Positions 36,951-50,935 of a stretch of DNA of 64,000 bases are shown here, piece after piece (the first letter of the stretch is position 1; every line of letters starts with the position of its first letter). The DNA is from Octopus vulgaris. Lineage: Eukaryota. The stretch is taken from NCBI GenBank assembly GCA_951406725.2, contig OX597820.1, positions 54,932,001-54,996,000 on the forward strand, read 5' to 3'. The notes beneath the pieces were generated by a model. It ran no database searches. It saw only the letters and a program-made list of their open reading frames with translations, and was not told where the DNA came from. A program made the position numbers and the translations under genes.

Positions 36951-39900
36951 AAGAGGCATGAAAATAATCCTTTGAGGATGTGTGAGGTAAAGAAAAAGAC
37001 AAGTTGACTCAACAAAGGGATTCATTATTGAGTTTGACTGCCATATAGTAAAAAGGGTTATTAATAATTTGAAAGTACATAAAACAACAATCTATTCATG
37101 GTTAGTTTCCAAGGTGACATAGTATGTGTATTGGTTATTCACATAGTCAAGCAGTCCAAGGAGGTGGTATCCATAATGATGAGAACATCACCATGAACTG
37201 CTATGAGAGTTAAGGAGATGCTGTAGAAAGACAAAGTAACTAAGAAGTTAATTTGTCGTGAAAGTGGCAGAGAGAGTTACAAAGAGAGTTATAAAGTTTA
37301 TCATGAAAATTATCAAATTGTAATGAAGGAAGCTTAATAAAATTGTGTATACAGTAAGGTGTTAGGTAAGGATGGTAGAAGAAAGAAAGAGAGAGAGGAG
37401 GGAGAATTGTGTGGTAATAGAGAATAAAATGGAGAAATGATGGCAGGTATATTAATAGCAAAACAGATAGATTGGTCAAAATTGGTGAATTTGAAATCTA
37501 GAGAACAACATGATTAATTCAAATGTTGAAAAATTGGTTGGAGTGAAATGATTCAAAAAGTATGTTAACCTGGTAAAGAGGGTAGAATTGGGTCAGTAAA
37601 GTTGAAAAGTATGTTTAAAAAGTAAACAGGAAGAAATATATGGAAAACACATATTTTGTTGGTGTCATATTTTTTTGGAGAAAATTTAAACATTAACGTA
37701 TCTATTCATTCTCAATATGTTCTGGTAAATTTGAACATGAATACATGATCACTGTCATTTTTCATCATCAGAGAACATCTCTCTTTAGATGACATGTATT
37801 CATAACCCATATGATTCACTGGCAGAAGGGGTTCTTTGAGATACTGTTTGTGTTTCAACCTTATTATGTGTCTCTTCAGTGAGAGCTACCACCACCAGAC
37901 CAATGAATTTAACAAGAGTACAGGCTCTTGTTTATAGAAATCAACCAATAAATAATTTGATGATGTTTGCTGATGTTTCTCAAAACATAATTCATGAGCT
38001 ACATGCAGAATAGCAAGAATCTAAACACATTTGAGTCTACCAAAATATATTGAGAATGGATGAATGTATTGTTTGGACTCTCACTGTTCTGCATGCACCT
38101 CATGAATTATCAAAAATTATAAAGGAGCTAAATAAAAGAGTATATAAGGGGAAGTTACTCCCAGTAACTAAATTCAGCATTTATAATAGTAGAAAGGTTT
38201 TAAAATACTTGAGCAACTTTGACCGTTTATATAAGCTACAAGCTCTAAATTACAATGCTGTAGGGATTCTTGGGGGAATAATATTTCCAGTGTTTCAGAA
38301 TGCAAAGTTGGCATAGTTTATTAGAATCAGAATAGTCATAGCAAAGAATTATTTTTATTGGATTTCAAGAATCCATATGTATTTGGACAAAGTAGTATCA
38401 GATTGTCTGATTTGATGTCAAAGGTATTTTGAAAGAATTTAACGTTAATTTAATACATGATTTAGAAACTGTGTTAGTTTTTACAGGTGTACAATATAAA
38501 ACAACACGAGAAAGTGGGTCAGCCACAAGTTTGAACTTAGATGATTCATCAAGTGAATAACCTACACTAAAAAATTTAATGTTATTAACAAATGCTCTGC
38601 TTTCACTATTCTCACTGGCAACAATGATTAATTTATGTGATCAGTTTTATTGCTCACAGCAGTGTTTGGTAATCTTTCCCTTATATAATCTTTAATCAAT
38701 TTTGATGTTTCCATGCAAATAAAATTGTGGATATGTACTAATCATGCTGTTTCATATAATAATGAGACACAAGTTTACTACCACATTGACAATGCTCAAA
38801 AATTTCATTTTTTTTCTTCTTTTTTTGAACAGTATATCTCAAAGCAAGTAAGGCTATAAATATATAGTGTGTAAATATATAAGATGGGCTAAAAAGCCTT
38901 TTGTATAGGAAAAGTCAAAGGCTGCTCGTGGGACTTGAACCTACATCTCTTGTTAACATGACAGGTGTTGTACCATGGGACAAAAGCAATCCTTTGGAGT
39001 CCTTTGTCCATTTTAGAAACTTTATTCTTACCAGTGAGAATTGTATGTTGTTGAGGTCATAAGAATTTATAAACTTTGAGGGAAATAATTCTCTTTTGGA
39101 ATGGTGTATCTCGAAGAAGATAAAGCTATAAAGAATAGTGGGTAAATAGTTGGTAAAACAACCCTTTGGATAAAAGAGTCAAAGGCTATGCATGGGATAC
39201 AAATCCACATGTAAACATGAGAGGTATTCTAATTTTCTTGTGGCTTGGCATCAAATATTATCCAACATCAAATAGTCTGACAAAATGTTAGACAAAGTGA
39301 GATATAAGGACTGAAATGCCTTGCCAAAACATACAAAAATAGCCAAATATTTGAAATATTGAAATGCTGTATAGGTAGTTATGGGAAGATTTGTTTCCTT
39401 TTTAAAATGAAAACATCAACACTATAAACTGTAAAATGATTTTAAAGTTAAAATAAGCCTAAAACAGAGTTCATGGTTTGTAATTACTGGATTCATGAGG
39501 AATCTTCTGTTAGATAAAAAAACTGAGTCATGTTCTCATTTAAGTGAACACACATTGTGCAATAATTTTTCTGGGTACAAAGAGTGAAGTTGGGTTCAGA
39601 TAAAAATAGTCAATCAAGACATCTTAGAGCATTTGTACAGGACAGAATGCTTGTAATCATTTGGCAGATGGATAGATATGATATTTATCCGCTTGTTTTC
39701 TGTGGAGATATTAATGAGTTAGTTGCTTTTGGAATTCTTTAACCTTTAATTTGGACCCAATTCTTCCCAATCATCTGGTAACTCTACTTTTTGATAACTC
39801 CACCTCAAAAATATTCCATCATTAATTCATGACATTTTTTCATTGAAAATGCATCACGTATTCATATTATTTTTGTTGATGATGATGATATATTTATATA

Positions 39901-40401
39901 AATAAATGTATTTGGCCAACCCATGCATGAATGGGTTGACCAAGTATGCTATTGAGGTATTGTTTTACAGCTAGCTGCACTTTCTGTCCCTAACTTTTGT
40001 CTGTTTTTCAAGTATGGGATCTCTTACCCCTCACAACTTCAAAGGAGGTGAAGGAAGCAGATGAGTTGTCGAAAGGAGACTTGCCAGTAATAAAACCACT
40101 CATATATCACAGCTTCCATAGCCACAGGTGTAAAAACGCACTCTCTCTCTCTCATGCGCGTGCGTGTGCACAACAATTTTCTTTCAGTGTCTGAATTCAC
40201 TCACAAGGTTTTGATTGGCCTGGAGCTATTGCAGAAGGCACTTGCCCAAGGTGCTGCCCCATGGGACAGAACCTGAAGCCATATGGTTGAGAAGTGAAGT
40301 TCTTAACTTCACAGCCCTGCCTATACTTATACTTCCCATCTATCCAATCTACTCACATAGCTTTGGTTGGACTAAGGCTATAGTAAAAGACACTTGTTCT
40401 A

Positions 40402-40433
<32 letters not shown>

Positions 40434-42219
40434 AATGTATATAATACACACACACACACATATCTAGCAAATAAAACTACAGTGAAAATATCTATTCCAA
40501 ATTCAGTTTTAATCTGTTCTCCCTTGGTATTTACATTAAAAATATGCATTATGAGAGCACTTACATCAGTTTACAAGCAAAATAGATGTAAAAGCTCCCT
40601 GCCATATTTTCCCTTCAACGATAGAATGCAAAACTAAATGAAGTTAACTCTATATTCCAAGGACATTAGGAAGATGGATTTAAGTGTATTTATAATGAAT
40701 TTTTAAATTAATCTTTTGTGAGTACTGCTTAATGTTAGTTTCAGAGTATATCTTAATTGCTCAGAGGGCTCATTAATGATAGTCAATAGCATCTGTCACT
40801 TCAGTGACTTAATAAGCAGTAGGTGAGATATTGCAAAAAATCACAGTAGCCAGATTAAGGATGCAGTGGAAAAAGTTTGGGGTTTTTCAAAAGTTTTTTT
40901 TTTTTTACAGATGATAGGCAGATTGTGTGATTCTACAGTGTTGCGTAATAGCTAGACACGGGTGCTAATTGTGGTGGATATGCAAAGGCTGAAATGAAGT
41001 GAGTATGCTCCACTGAATGTGTACTGTTTGTGTGCATGAACAGTGAAATACAATTGACCTGAGAGAAATTAGATATAAGTGGAAACAACTGTGCTACTTA
41101 GGACAGAAGTTTGTGCTGGCATGGATATGGAAGATGACAGTTGAATAAAGAAGTGCTAAGCGATCTTGCAAAAGACGAAAACTAAAGAAGACATAAATAG
41201 AAGTGGCCAGGGATGATCATAGGATGCTGAACTTTACAAAGGAGATGATGAAGGACTACATCAAGTGGAGAGATTCTCTGTCAAAACTGACCTGTTTAAC
41301 CTATGCCATCATGAAAATCAGATGGAAAAACAATGAGGATATGTATTTTTGAACAAATTGGTCAAACCATTTGAGCATCATGACTCTGTGATAACCAACT
41401 ATTTTATGCTGATCTTAACTTGAGAACTTGGACTTTTGTAATATTGTCTTTTGTAGTACTTGACAATTATGCTACAGTTCCTTCTAATCATTGAAAATAA
41501 ATCATTTTCCAGTTTTATGAAATACAGCCGTTGTGTTGATCGACATGTTTTTCTGTGAGACGACTTTACATCATTCTACTGGTATTTCATTTTATAGATC
41601 TTGATCAGAACTGACTTTGGGCCACACAACTACAGGTGTTGTAGCTGTGTAGTTTGCTATGATGTACACTGCATACCAGCCATGCTGAAATACAAAATAT
41701 TAAAGCTGAAAGAAAACTTAAGGATTTTAAGAACATAGTTTTTATCAAAGTCTTTACTACAGTCTTTACCAAACCATAAAAGCCTAACAACTAGAAACAG
41801 AAACCTCACTTGGCTCAAATTATGTGTTGTTCCCTAGCTTGGCCCAAATTCACTGCTGGGTTACTCATTCCTTTTAGTAAGTTATTAGAAATTGTGATAG
41901 CTACAAACACTGAGTTCAGCATATTTGTTTCTGTTGGAGCTGAAACACATGCCTTGGAACCTTCCAACACGAATGCGTATATGGGACATTGAAGCAGCTG
42001 AAACATATCTCAACTGACACACTTCATTTCATACAGCCAGCCACTGCATTGTAGAAAAAAACCCCAGTCATAGATGAAATTGAAGCTGGACATGAGAGTT
42101 ATTTCTGAAGATATTGGTTGTCTACCTAGATGCCTTTATGTCTATTCTGTCAGAACAAGCCTGTGCTAGTGGGTTTTTATTTATTTATTTATACAACGGA
42201 TATTCTTGGGGAGGAAGGA

Positions 42220-42500
42220 CTAAGCATAGCAGTGAATACAGCAATGGTGGTGAAAACATGGAGAGATGAGATAGTATGAGATCAGCCAACTCTGAAGAAT
42301 AGAAACCATTATAGTAACAGTTGGACAGTTAGAGAGAGAGAGTAGACAACACATCTGTGGGCCAAAGGCTGGAATGTCTGTTTGTGATTTAATGCAAATC
42401 AGTTGAGTGGCCTTTCTGTGGATGTAGTCCAGGATGTCTGTGTGCATAGCAGCAGTACTGTTCAAGATGTGGAAGCAGTGCTTCATTATGGGTCTCACTA
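42220..42500 (-). mobile_element. Non-LTR retrotransposon RT C-terminal fragment (CR1/Jockey group)
   Basis: VRPIMKHCFHILN..DILDYIHRKATQLI resembles RPxMEYCSHxW..LDRIQRKAxRLI. Confidence 0.55.
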
Positions 42501-43073
42501 ATCATCATTGTTTTCATCATTATTATCATCGTCTTTTTTTTATCACCACCATTTTCATAGCCATTGTTGTCATCATCATCATCATCATAGCCACTATCAA
42601 CATTGATGACACCACTATTGTTATCCTATCAACATCATCAACACCGTCATCATTCTCATCATCATCAACATCCAGTGCAACAACAAATCTGATTAACTGC
42701 AACAAAAATCAATGTTCTGAGTTGTTGAAATATCCAGATGTCTGTGATAGTGACAGAAAGAGTGAAATTTATAAGGTATCTGAGGAACATGGATTGTGTT
42801 GCAATATATTGCCTTATACTGCTTATCTAATTAATACTCATATAGTTACACTAACTTCATCAGGAGTATGCAATCTATTAATCAAGAAACCAATCCAGCA
42901 TTTGGTGATGAGTGGTGGATAGAAGAGCCTTTTGTCAATGGGAATTAGTGCTCCACCATCACTACAGGAATTTCATTTTTTTTTTGTTATCTTCTTCCTC
43001 TAAGTAATCTGGCACCACCCAGATGTGGATTTGTGATGTTCACTTTTGGATTGTTGCCCATTATCGTTTGCAG

Positions 43074-43190
43074 CTGACGAAACAAGACATCGATATTGAA
43101 CGAGAGACATACCAAACATCCCGTGCCGGTCTCGATAGTCTAGTTGCCGAGGCCAAGAAACGTCTGGAAGACGAAACTCAAACTAGGATA
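43074..43190 (+). CDS. RUFY2: RUFY coding exon H (coiled coil)
   Basis: ttgcag|CTG acceptor and ATA|gtgagt donor (phase 0/0). LTKQDIDIERETYQTSRAGLDSLVAEAKKRLEDETQTRI. Confidence 0.93.
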
Positions 43191-43469
43191 GTGAGTATTT
43201 CTGTTAACAACTTTTATACGACAACAAATCTTGTTCTTCTTCCATATAAACAAGAAACTGTTGATTAGCTTGAACTTTCATTTGAATTTTCTTTTGCTCT
43301 CTCAAATACTTTCAAATTCTTTTCTTCACTCTCTGACTCTCTCTCCTTGTTTCTTTCTATATATCTATCTACATAAATACATATGTACATACGCCCACAC
43401 CAATAGCTTACATTTGTTGTCTGATACAGACTATTCAGTTGATTATGTTTGCTGGAGTTTATGCATTTT

Positions 43470-44050
43470 ATCTACTGAATGTGTAGTATCCTGTAGAATT
43501 AGATATATACTTCTACAATACACAGTAATGGATAGAGTTTTGTAAAGCAGGCCTGTTTCTTATAAATATGTAATTCTTCAGTGAGTGTTTAGTGTTTTGT
43601 AGAATTGGATGTTTTTCTAGAACATGCAATGTTTTTCTAGAAAATGAAATTCTCTAATCAATACATAGTGTCTTTTCTACAATACACAGTTCTCTAATGC
43701 ATGAACGCATGTGTAGTACTTTTAGGTACATGTTCTACGATGCGCAGTTCTCTAATGAATGTCGTATCTTGTACAATTGGATGTTTCTATCATAAACTAT
43801 GGTGCATATGTAGTATACTATGAAGTAGATATATTTTCCTATTATACAGTCAGTTCTCTTATCAATGCATAATGTAATATAGAACCATAATATATAGTTT
43901 TTTAGTAAATGTTCAGTATCTTGTAGAATTGAATATGTTTCCATAATGCACCATTCTTGAGTGAATGTTTAGTATCTCTTAGAGTAGCGTATCTTCTACA
44001 CTATACCATTCTCTACTACATATGCATTATTCTGTAGAGTTCTTATTTCT
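43470..44050. repeat. Highly degenerate tandem repeat (about 50-60 bp period)
   Basis: Recurring gaatgt..agtatc.tgtagaattg.at...ttcta.aat.cac units. Confidence 0.5.
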
Positions 44051-45179
44051 TAGTGAATTATCAAATGGATACAGAAACTTTTTAGTATGTGCAGTGGGAT
44101 TTCAAAAAGAGGCTAAATGTAAAGTGTTTTTGTAGGGCATGTAGCTGTAGGTGTGAACAGTGTATTCCCTTGATGTGTATGTAACCTTAGGGGAAATTCA
44201 CAGTATCTTATAGAACAATTGCAAGACCATAGTGTTACATTGAATAATGCAGATATTAATTGTATGGATTTTCCTTTTTTCCTTTTCTTTTTTTTTTTAA
44301 GAATTAGGTATAGGTAGTTAACATATTTTGTGACTTTACTATCCTGTGTAGAGTAACAATTTAGTATTTAATTTCCCATCAAAAATAAAATGGAAATAGT
44401 GCAGTTGGTAGTTGGTTATGTGTGTGTGTGTGTGTGTGTGTATAGTTAATCATTTTAAAAATTAGATATCTTGTATTTTCATTCTTAGTTGTTTAGCTGG
44501 GGTTTTTTCCATAATATTTTTTGTATTATTCTGTTTATACTCTTGCCATTTTATCTTTTGGTTGAAAATATCTTCCATCTGATGAAATTCCGATACTTGA
44601 GGCAGTATATTGCATCAGTCATATGCATAAAATAATAGTTGTATATACATAAATATTATGTATAGATGATATGTATATTTATATATATATATTTTTTTTT
44701 TCTTCACAATATATAATGGATATATTTCTGTTTAATAATGCTATTTGATGTTGTTTGTCTCAATGTTACACACACAGTTCCTCTCCTTCACTGCAAAATT
44801 TTACACTTTGCTTCTGACTGTATTTCTGCAAGCACCTTTCCTGTAATCTTTAAGCACCGATATCTGATATATGTCAAGTTGTTTTGATATTGTAACAGAT
44901 CATGATTTGTTGTACTGTTAAATTGTTACATTTTGGAGAAAATTTCTTTGTTTTAAATTGTAAAAACTGTCGTTTTTAAAATTTTATTTGTAAATTTTTC
45001 TTAAATATTTTTCCTTGGTTGATTCTTCTTACTTACAGCATTTTCATGTTCCTGCAGAAAAAAATGAAAAATGATATAACTTTGATTTATAGTAATTAAA
45101 TGAAGGAATGTTTGGAGGGAATTAGTAGCTGTAATTGCTAGATATGTGGCACAAGGAAATTAAATTACTCTAACTTTGG

Positions 45180-45604
45180 TGCTAATAATAATAATAATAA
45201 CAACAACAACAACAACAATAATAATAATGGTTTCAAATTTTTGGCACAAAGCCAGCAATTTTGGGGAAGCAGGTAAGCCAATTAGATTGCCCCCACTGTT
45301 TAACTGGTACTTATTTTATCGACTCCCAAAAGGATGAACGCCAAAGTCAACCTTGGTGGCATTTGAATTTAATGATAATAAAAATAATAATAATCCTTTC
45401 TACTTTAAGCACAAGGCCTGAAATTTTAGGGGAAGGGATTAGTCAATTACATTGACCCCAGTGTTTCACTGGTACAATTTATCGACCCTGAAAGGATGAA
45501 AGGCAAAATTGATCTCAGCAGAATTTGAACTCAGAATGTAAGGATGGGTGAAATGCCACTAAGCATTTTGTCAGGCATGCTAACGATTCTGCCAGCTCAC
45601 TGCC

Positions 45605-45643
<39 letters not shown>

Positions 45644-45690
45644 GTTTCTACTACAAGCACAAGGCCTGAAAATATGGGGGAGGGGCTAGG
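45180..45690 (-). mobile_element. SINE family B cluster in (AAT/AAC)n
   Basis: Two to three copies separated by (AAT)n. Confidence 0.75.
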
Positions 45691-48600
45691 ACAGGTCATC
45701 ACAATCTAAGTTGGTTCTTGTTTGAGGTCTATTGCCCTCCAATGTTTGGTTAAGGGATCACACTTTTCTCACCTATATTCATTTGGCAGGGATTTTACAA
45801 CTGGATGCCTTTCACAACACCAAACACTATACAGAGTGTATTGGATGCGTGTTTTTCTTTCTTTCTTTTCTTTTTACGGTGCCAATATTCGAGATGTTAT
45901 CATTTCCTCAACAAGACAAGACTAATGGAGTCCAGCAAACACTATGATGTCTCTGCACATTTGCCAACCACTTTACAGAATGTACTAGGTGCTTTTCATT
46001 CTTGGCACCAGTGCTCAAGAGGGTGTCATGTTCTTAAGAGTCCTCTTAGCATTAAGATATCTCTGTTTGTTCATTCACCATTTCACAAAATGCACTTGAT
46101 GCACTATATATATATATATACATACATACATACATCGTCATTGTTTTAACGTTCACTTTTTCATGGTTGAATGACGTTTATTAAGACAAATTTTCTATGG
46201 CTGTCTTTCCTCAACAAATTCCATCTGACCCATACAAGTGTGGAAAAGTGGATGTCAAAATGATGATATACACACACACATTTGATAATGTTTGTGTTGT
46301 CATAATATTTTTCATTGTACCTTGTCAATATCAGGGTTTCTTGCTCTTCCTTATGTTTTATCATTGAAGTTTCATCTATAGCATTCTTTTGTTATTACAG
46401 AATGTTTTAGGGCAGTTTATTAATATCCTAAAACATTCTTATATAACAACGAAACAACGATAGACAAATCTTTAATAATAAAATGTGATTAATTGCTTAA
46501 ACTTTAGAAATAAAGTTACCTCCTTTTCTTTAGATAATGCTGATTTGTATTTTTTAATGAGGTGAAAAAAGAACCTGTGTGATTATACAAAAAAGAAACA
46601 AAAACCTAGGACTGGTAGGATTTAATCTTATTATTGCAAGACACTGAACTGAATAGCAGAAAACCTCCCTACATTAACCTTCTGCAATGTTTCTTCTCAT
46701 ACACGTATTAAAGGTAATTATTCGACACTCAAGAGTTGATGTAAAGGGAGATAATCAGGTCAGCCTTCATCCAGCAGACCAAGGATCAGATGTGTTCTTA
46801 CCTTGATTATCCTATTTCTATTCAGGTATAAGGTATTCAGAACCACATTATTGAATGAATCCTGCCAGTTTTCTTTTATTTTTTTGTTTTAGAAAGTTAA
46901 TTGGTATTTGAGAGATATTCCTTTGTTGTCAGTGTAAATGTTTACATGTACAATTCTTTTAATAGCTTCTTTTATTGGGCTCTGATCATACTGAATGGAG
47001 GGAGAGAGAGATACATGGAACCTATCATTAACATTGTTGTGTTCAGTTGCCAAAGGTTTATATTTTATTACTGGTTCTGCATTTTTTGCTTTGTCAAGAC
47101 ATCTCATTCTCATTGCTCAAGACATCCAAACTAAAACAGACACCATGAGTAACTGTGGATCATTGTTGTAAGAAACAAAATAATTCCTACCTAATGAGTG
47201 TTCTGTTACCTTGCAGGCTTGGATTTGATTTCCCCTCATGAGAACATTATAGAGAGAAAAAGACTTCCTGACTAATTTCTCTAGACATACTATAAGTGCA
47301 GGCATGGCTGTGTAGTTAAGAAGCTTGCTTCTCAACTTTGTGGTATCAGGTTCAGTTCCACTGCATGGCATACTATAGTCGCTGGCCAACCAAGGCCCTG
47401 TGAGTGGATTTGGTAGATGGAGACTGAAAGAAACTTGTGTGTGTATGTATTCATGCACACGTATACTTTTGTCCAGGTATCATGTGATGGTTGTAAATGA
47501 GCATCATCCATTGTACAAATGATGTTGTTTGTTTCCAGTCTTTTGTAGAAAACATGTCTGGTCATGAGAAAATATTACCTTGCTTGGAAAGCAGTTGAGG
47601 GTTAGTGACAGAAAAGGCAGCATCAAGCTGTAGAAAATCTGCCTCAACAAATTCCATCTGATTCATGATGCTGATGATGATACTGTATGAAGGTCAAGTT
47701 TTCAAAAGATGGTCCTACAATCTAATGACTTATGGTGATCATATTTGTCTTGAACTGAATATATCTTTGATACTTTTCTTGGGGTATTTCTTCACTCTAG
47801 TTTATTGATATTAATTTTTCATATGAAATTTGTGGGTAATATATCATGTGAATAGGTTTTTGTCTGCTACTACTGCTGCTGCTGCTGTAGAAACAGTGGA
47901 TTGTCTGATTGCAAAACTGCAAGCTGGCAGTCATTGGCACACTAGACAAAACGCTTAGCAGCATTTCATCTTGTTTTACATTCTGAGTTCAAATTCTACC
48001 AAAGTCAGCTTTGCCTTTCATTTTTTTTTGGTGGGGTGGGATTGATGAAATCAGTACCAGTTGAAACTGAGGTCAAAGTAATTGACTTGCTCCCTCCCCC
48101 CAAAATTTCAGGCTTTGTGCCTATAGTAGAAAGATTTATTATTCATTGTACAATAAAGATATAAAATACTGGTTTTTATTATCTTTTTCTTCATTTAACT
48201 GTTAAGATGTAACAAAAGACCTTGGACAGAAAGTAACTCTCAAAGGAAATAGGCCATTCTAAAAAGGATAGACATGTTGGTCTTGGTATCCAACTGTAGT
48301 GGTAGCTAGAGAGTTGAATGATCTCCCTTTCAAGAAAGAACATAGAGTAACCTCCCTTCTCTAAGTTTCTCAAAGCATCAGTGTCATGGAGTGTGATTCT
48401 TAATTATTCTAGAAGCTTAGCGTTTCTCTTGGAAATTTCTAGAATGTCTAGCATTCCATTAATAAAAACAGCTTGCTAGCCATTCACTTCTTAATCGATT
48501 AGACTTAGAGTCATTCAAATCATTGCTATGTTCATCTATTTCTCTATGCCATATGACTGAAAGCCACCACTTAGCTGTTATTTCTACATTTTCTATCTCT

Positions 48601-48862
48601 GAATCTTCTTGCATAGATTACTTCATTCAACTAGATTCTACATTTTGATTCTATGTATCATCATCGACCATTAAATAAAATGTATTTTTATGTAGTAAAT
48701 ATAAAGGTTTTGAATTTATTCTTCATCTCTTTATGAACTATTGTAATAACATATACGTAGCCACATCAACACCTTGTACTGACTATATATTTTTACTATA
48801 CAACCATTCCAAGTGGTATGACAATTTTCTGGGTGTCAAACATAATGGTCTGATAATAACTT

Positions 48863-49236
48863 GGTGGCATGTAAAAAGCACCATTTGAGTGTGGTCATTA
48901 CCAGCGCCGCCTTACTGGCATTTGTGCCGGTGGCCCATGAAAAAACATTCCAGTTAGGTCATTGCCAGTGTTGTTGGACTGGTACCTGTGCAGGTGGCAC
49001 GTAAAAAACACTATTTGTGCATGACCATTGCCAGTACCGCCTGACTGGCCCTCGTGCTGGTGGCATGTAAAAGCACCCACTACACTCTTGGAGTGATTGG
49101 TGTTAGGAAGGGCATCCAGCTGTAGAAACTGTGCCAGATCAAGATTGGAGCCTGGTGCAGCCATCTGGTTCGCCAGTCCTCAGTCAAATCGTCCAACCCA
49201 TGCTAGCATGGAAAGCAGACATTAAACGATGATGAT
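48863..49236 (+). mobile_element. Repeat family C, long copy with internal about 60-bp subrepeats and (GAT)n tail
   Basis: ggca(t/c)gtaaaaa..(g/a)cac..tt(g/a)ccag..ctgg repeated 3-4 times, then cactacactc..ggaagggcatccagc..catgctagcatggaaagc..gatgatgat. Confidence 0.75.
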
Positions 49237-49719
49237 TTCTCATTTTTGCTGCTGATCATCCCCACATTCTTCATATCTCTATTTTTAAATCAGCATATTT
49301 CAAGATCTTTCTTCTTTCTTGTCTGAAGGAATTGTGACATCTGTTATAAAGCTTTCTGGACTAGTTGCTTGCATTGACCCCACTGTTTCACTAGTACTTG
49401 ATTTATCGACCCCAAATGAAAGGCAAAGTCAACCTCAACAGAATTTGAACTCAGAATGTGCAGACGGACGAAATGCTGCTTAGCATTTTGCTTGGCGTGC
49501 TAATGACTCTGCCAGCTTGCCACCTTTCTGTCATATATAATGATACCTGATGTACTTACTTTGTCCAATTGCTTTGTCAGTCTGGATGTCACAATTCCAT
49601 AGAATTTTTGACTTACAAAGTTCATTTAGAGCCTTTTCTGGTTACATGATTATACCACTTGTCTGATGTGTCATACCCATTTTTTCTTATGAAGTGACCA
49701 GTGTTGAATTGTTAGTGTT

Positions 49720-49905
49720 GAGGCAGTGAGTTGATGAACCATTAATGCCAGATAAATTGCCTTGCAGTTTTTATTTTGGCTCTGTATTTGCCTTTTGTTG
49801 CTTTGTGGTTGATGTAATAAAATACCAATCAAGTACTGTGGTTCATGGTATCAGCTAACACTTCTCCTTGAAATTGCTAGCCTTATACCTAAATCAGAAA
49901 TCATA

Positions 49906-49937
<32 letters not shown>

Positions 49938-50590
49938 AGTTATTATTATGTTGAATGGTAGATTGGCAGTCATTAGAGCATTAGACAAAACGCCTTGTAT
50001 TAATTAGGGCTCCTTGTGATCTGAGTTTAAATAACCCTGAGGTCAACTTTGCTTTCTGTCCTCTCAAGGTCGATGAAGTACCTGTCAAGTGCTAGGATCA
50101 CTGGTATTGACTAACTCCCTCCCTCAAATTCTAGGCCTTGTACAAATGCTTGAAACAGTTATTATTTAGAGTGATGAATTGGCAGACTTGTTAGAGTATT
50201 GAATAGACTGCTTTGCAATGTTTCGTTCTGGTTCTTTATTTTCTGAGTTCAAATCCTGCTGATGTCAATTTGGTTTCCATCCTTTCAGATTCAAAGACGT
50301 AAAATAGTAGTCAAGTACTGAGGTTAATGATATCAACTATCTCTTCCTTCCCCCACTAATTCCAAGCCTTGTAATTATCCTAGACACAATAACTATTAGC
50401 TGACAGAACCATTACCATACTGGACAAAATGCTTAGTGACATTTCTTTTGGTTCTTTATGTTCTGAGTTCAAATGCTGCTGAGGCCAACTTTACCTTTCA
50501 TCCTTTCAGGGTTGATGAAATAGGGACCAGTTGAGCACCCCTCCACTAAAATTGCTTGTCTTGTTCCAAAATTTGAAACCATTATTATTA
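49720..50590 (+). mobile_element. Array of about 4 older SINE family B-like copies separated by (TTA)n
   Basis: Repeated ttggcag../ttctgagttcaaat../catcctttc units. Confidence 0.7.
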
Positions 50591-50767
50591 TTGTTATTTA
50601 TTTACTCTCTCTTGATCATTACATTTAGTTTTTTATTTTGATTGTGTTTGTTGGCTTTTATACGATTGTGTATGCTACCCTTTTGACATTCTACTCCAAA
50701 TTTTCCATAAACTGCTTTTATTCATACTCCCCATATTTCATGTCTACTACTGTGGAATTCATTGCAG

Positions 50768-50935
50768 GATGTTGAACGAGAGTTGGAGCTTCAGATCAGC
50801 ATGAAAACTGAAATGGAGATGGCATTGCGGTTGCTGGAGAAAGACATTCACGAGAAACAGGATAACATTATTTCAATGCGGAAGCAATTGGAAGACATAA
50901 AAACATTAAACCTCGAGATGTACAAAAAACTCCAG
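50768..50935 (+). CDS. RUFY2: RUFY coding exon I (coiled coil); last RUFY exon seen, ends in an open donor
   Basis: ttgcag|GAT acceptor and CAG|gtaaga donor (phase 0/0). [56 protein letters not shown] contains the conserved [11 protein letters not shown]. There is no stop, so the gene continues. Confidence 0.96.

Noticed and set aside
38895-39230. tRNA-like B-box segments repeated twice
   Set aside because: No cloverleaf; a decayed tRNA-derived repeat. No genuine tRNA or rRNA gene was seen in the window.
44579-44640. CTGATGA hammerhead-like cores here and at 53625
   Set aside because: The first has no properly placed GAAA, and the second lacks stem I pairing.
46356-46483. Imperfect inverted repeat containing cGAAAc, a possible fifth hammerhead element
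   Set aside because: The inverted repeat is real, but no recognisable CTGANGA core or stem III is present.
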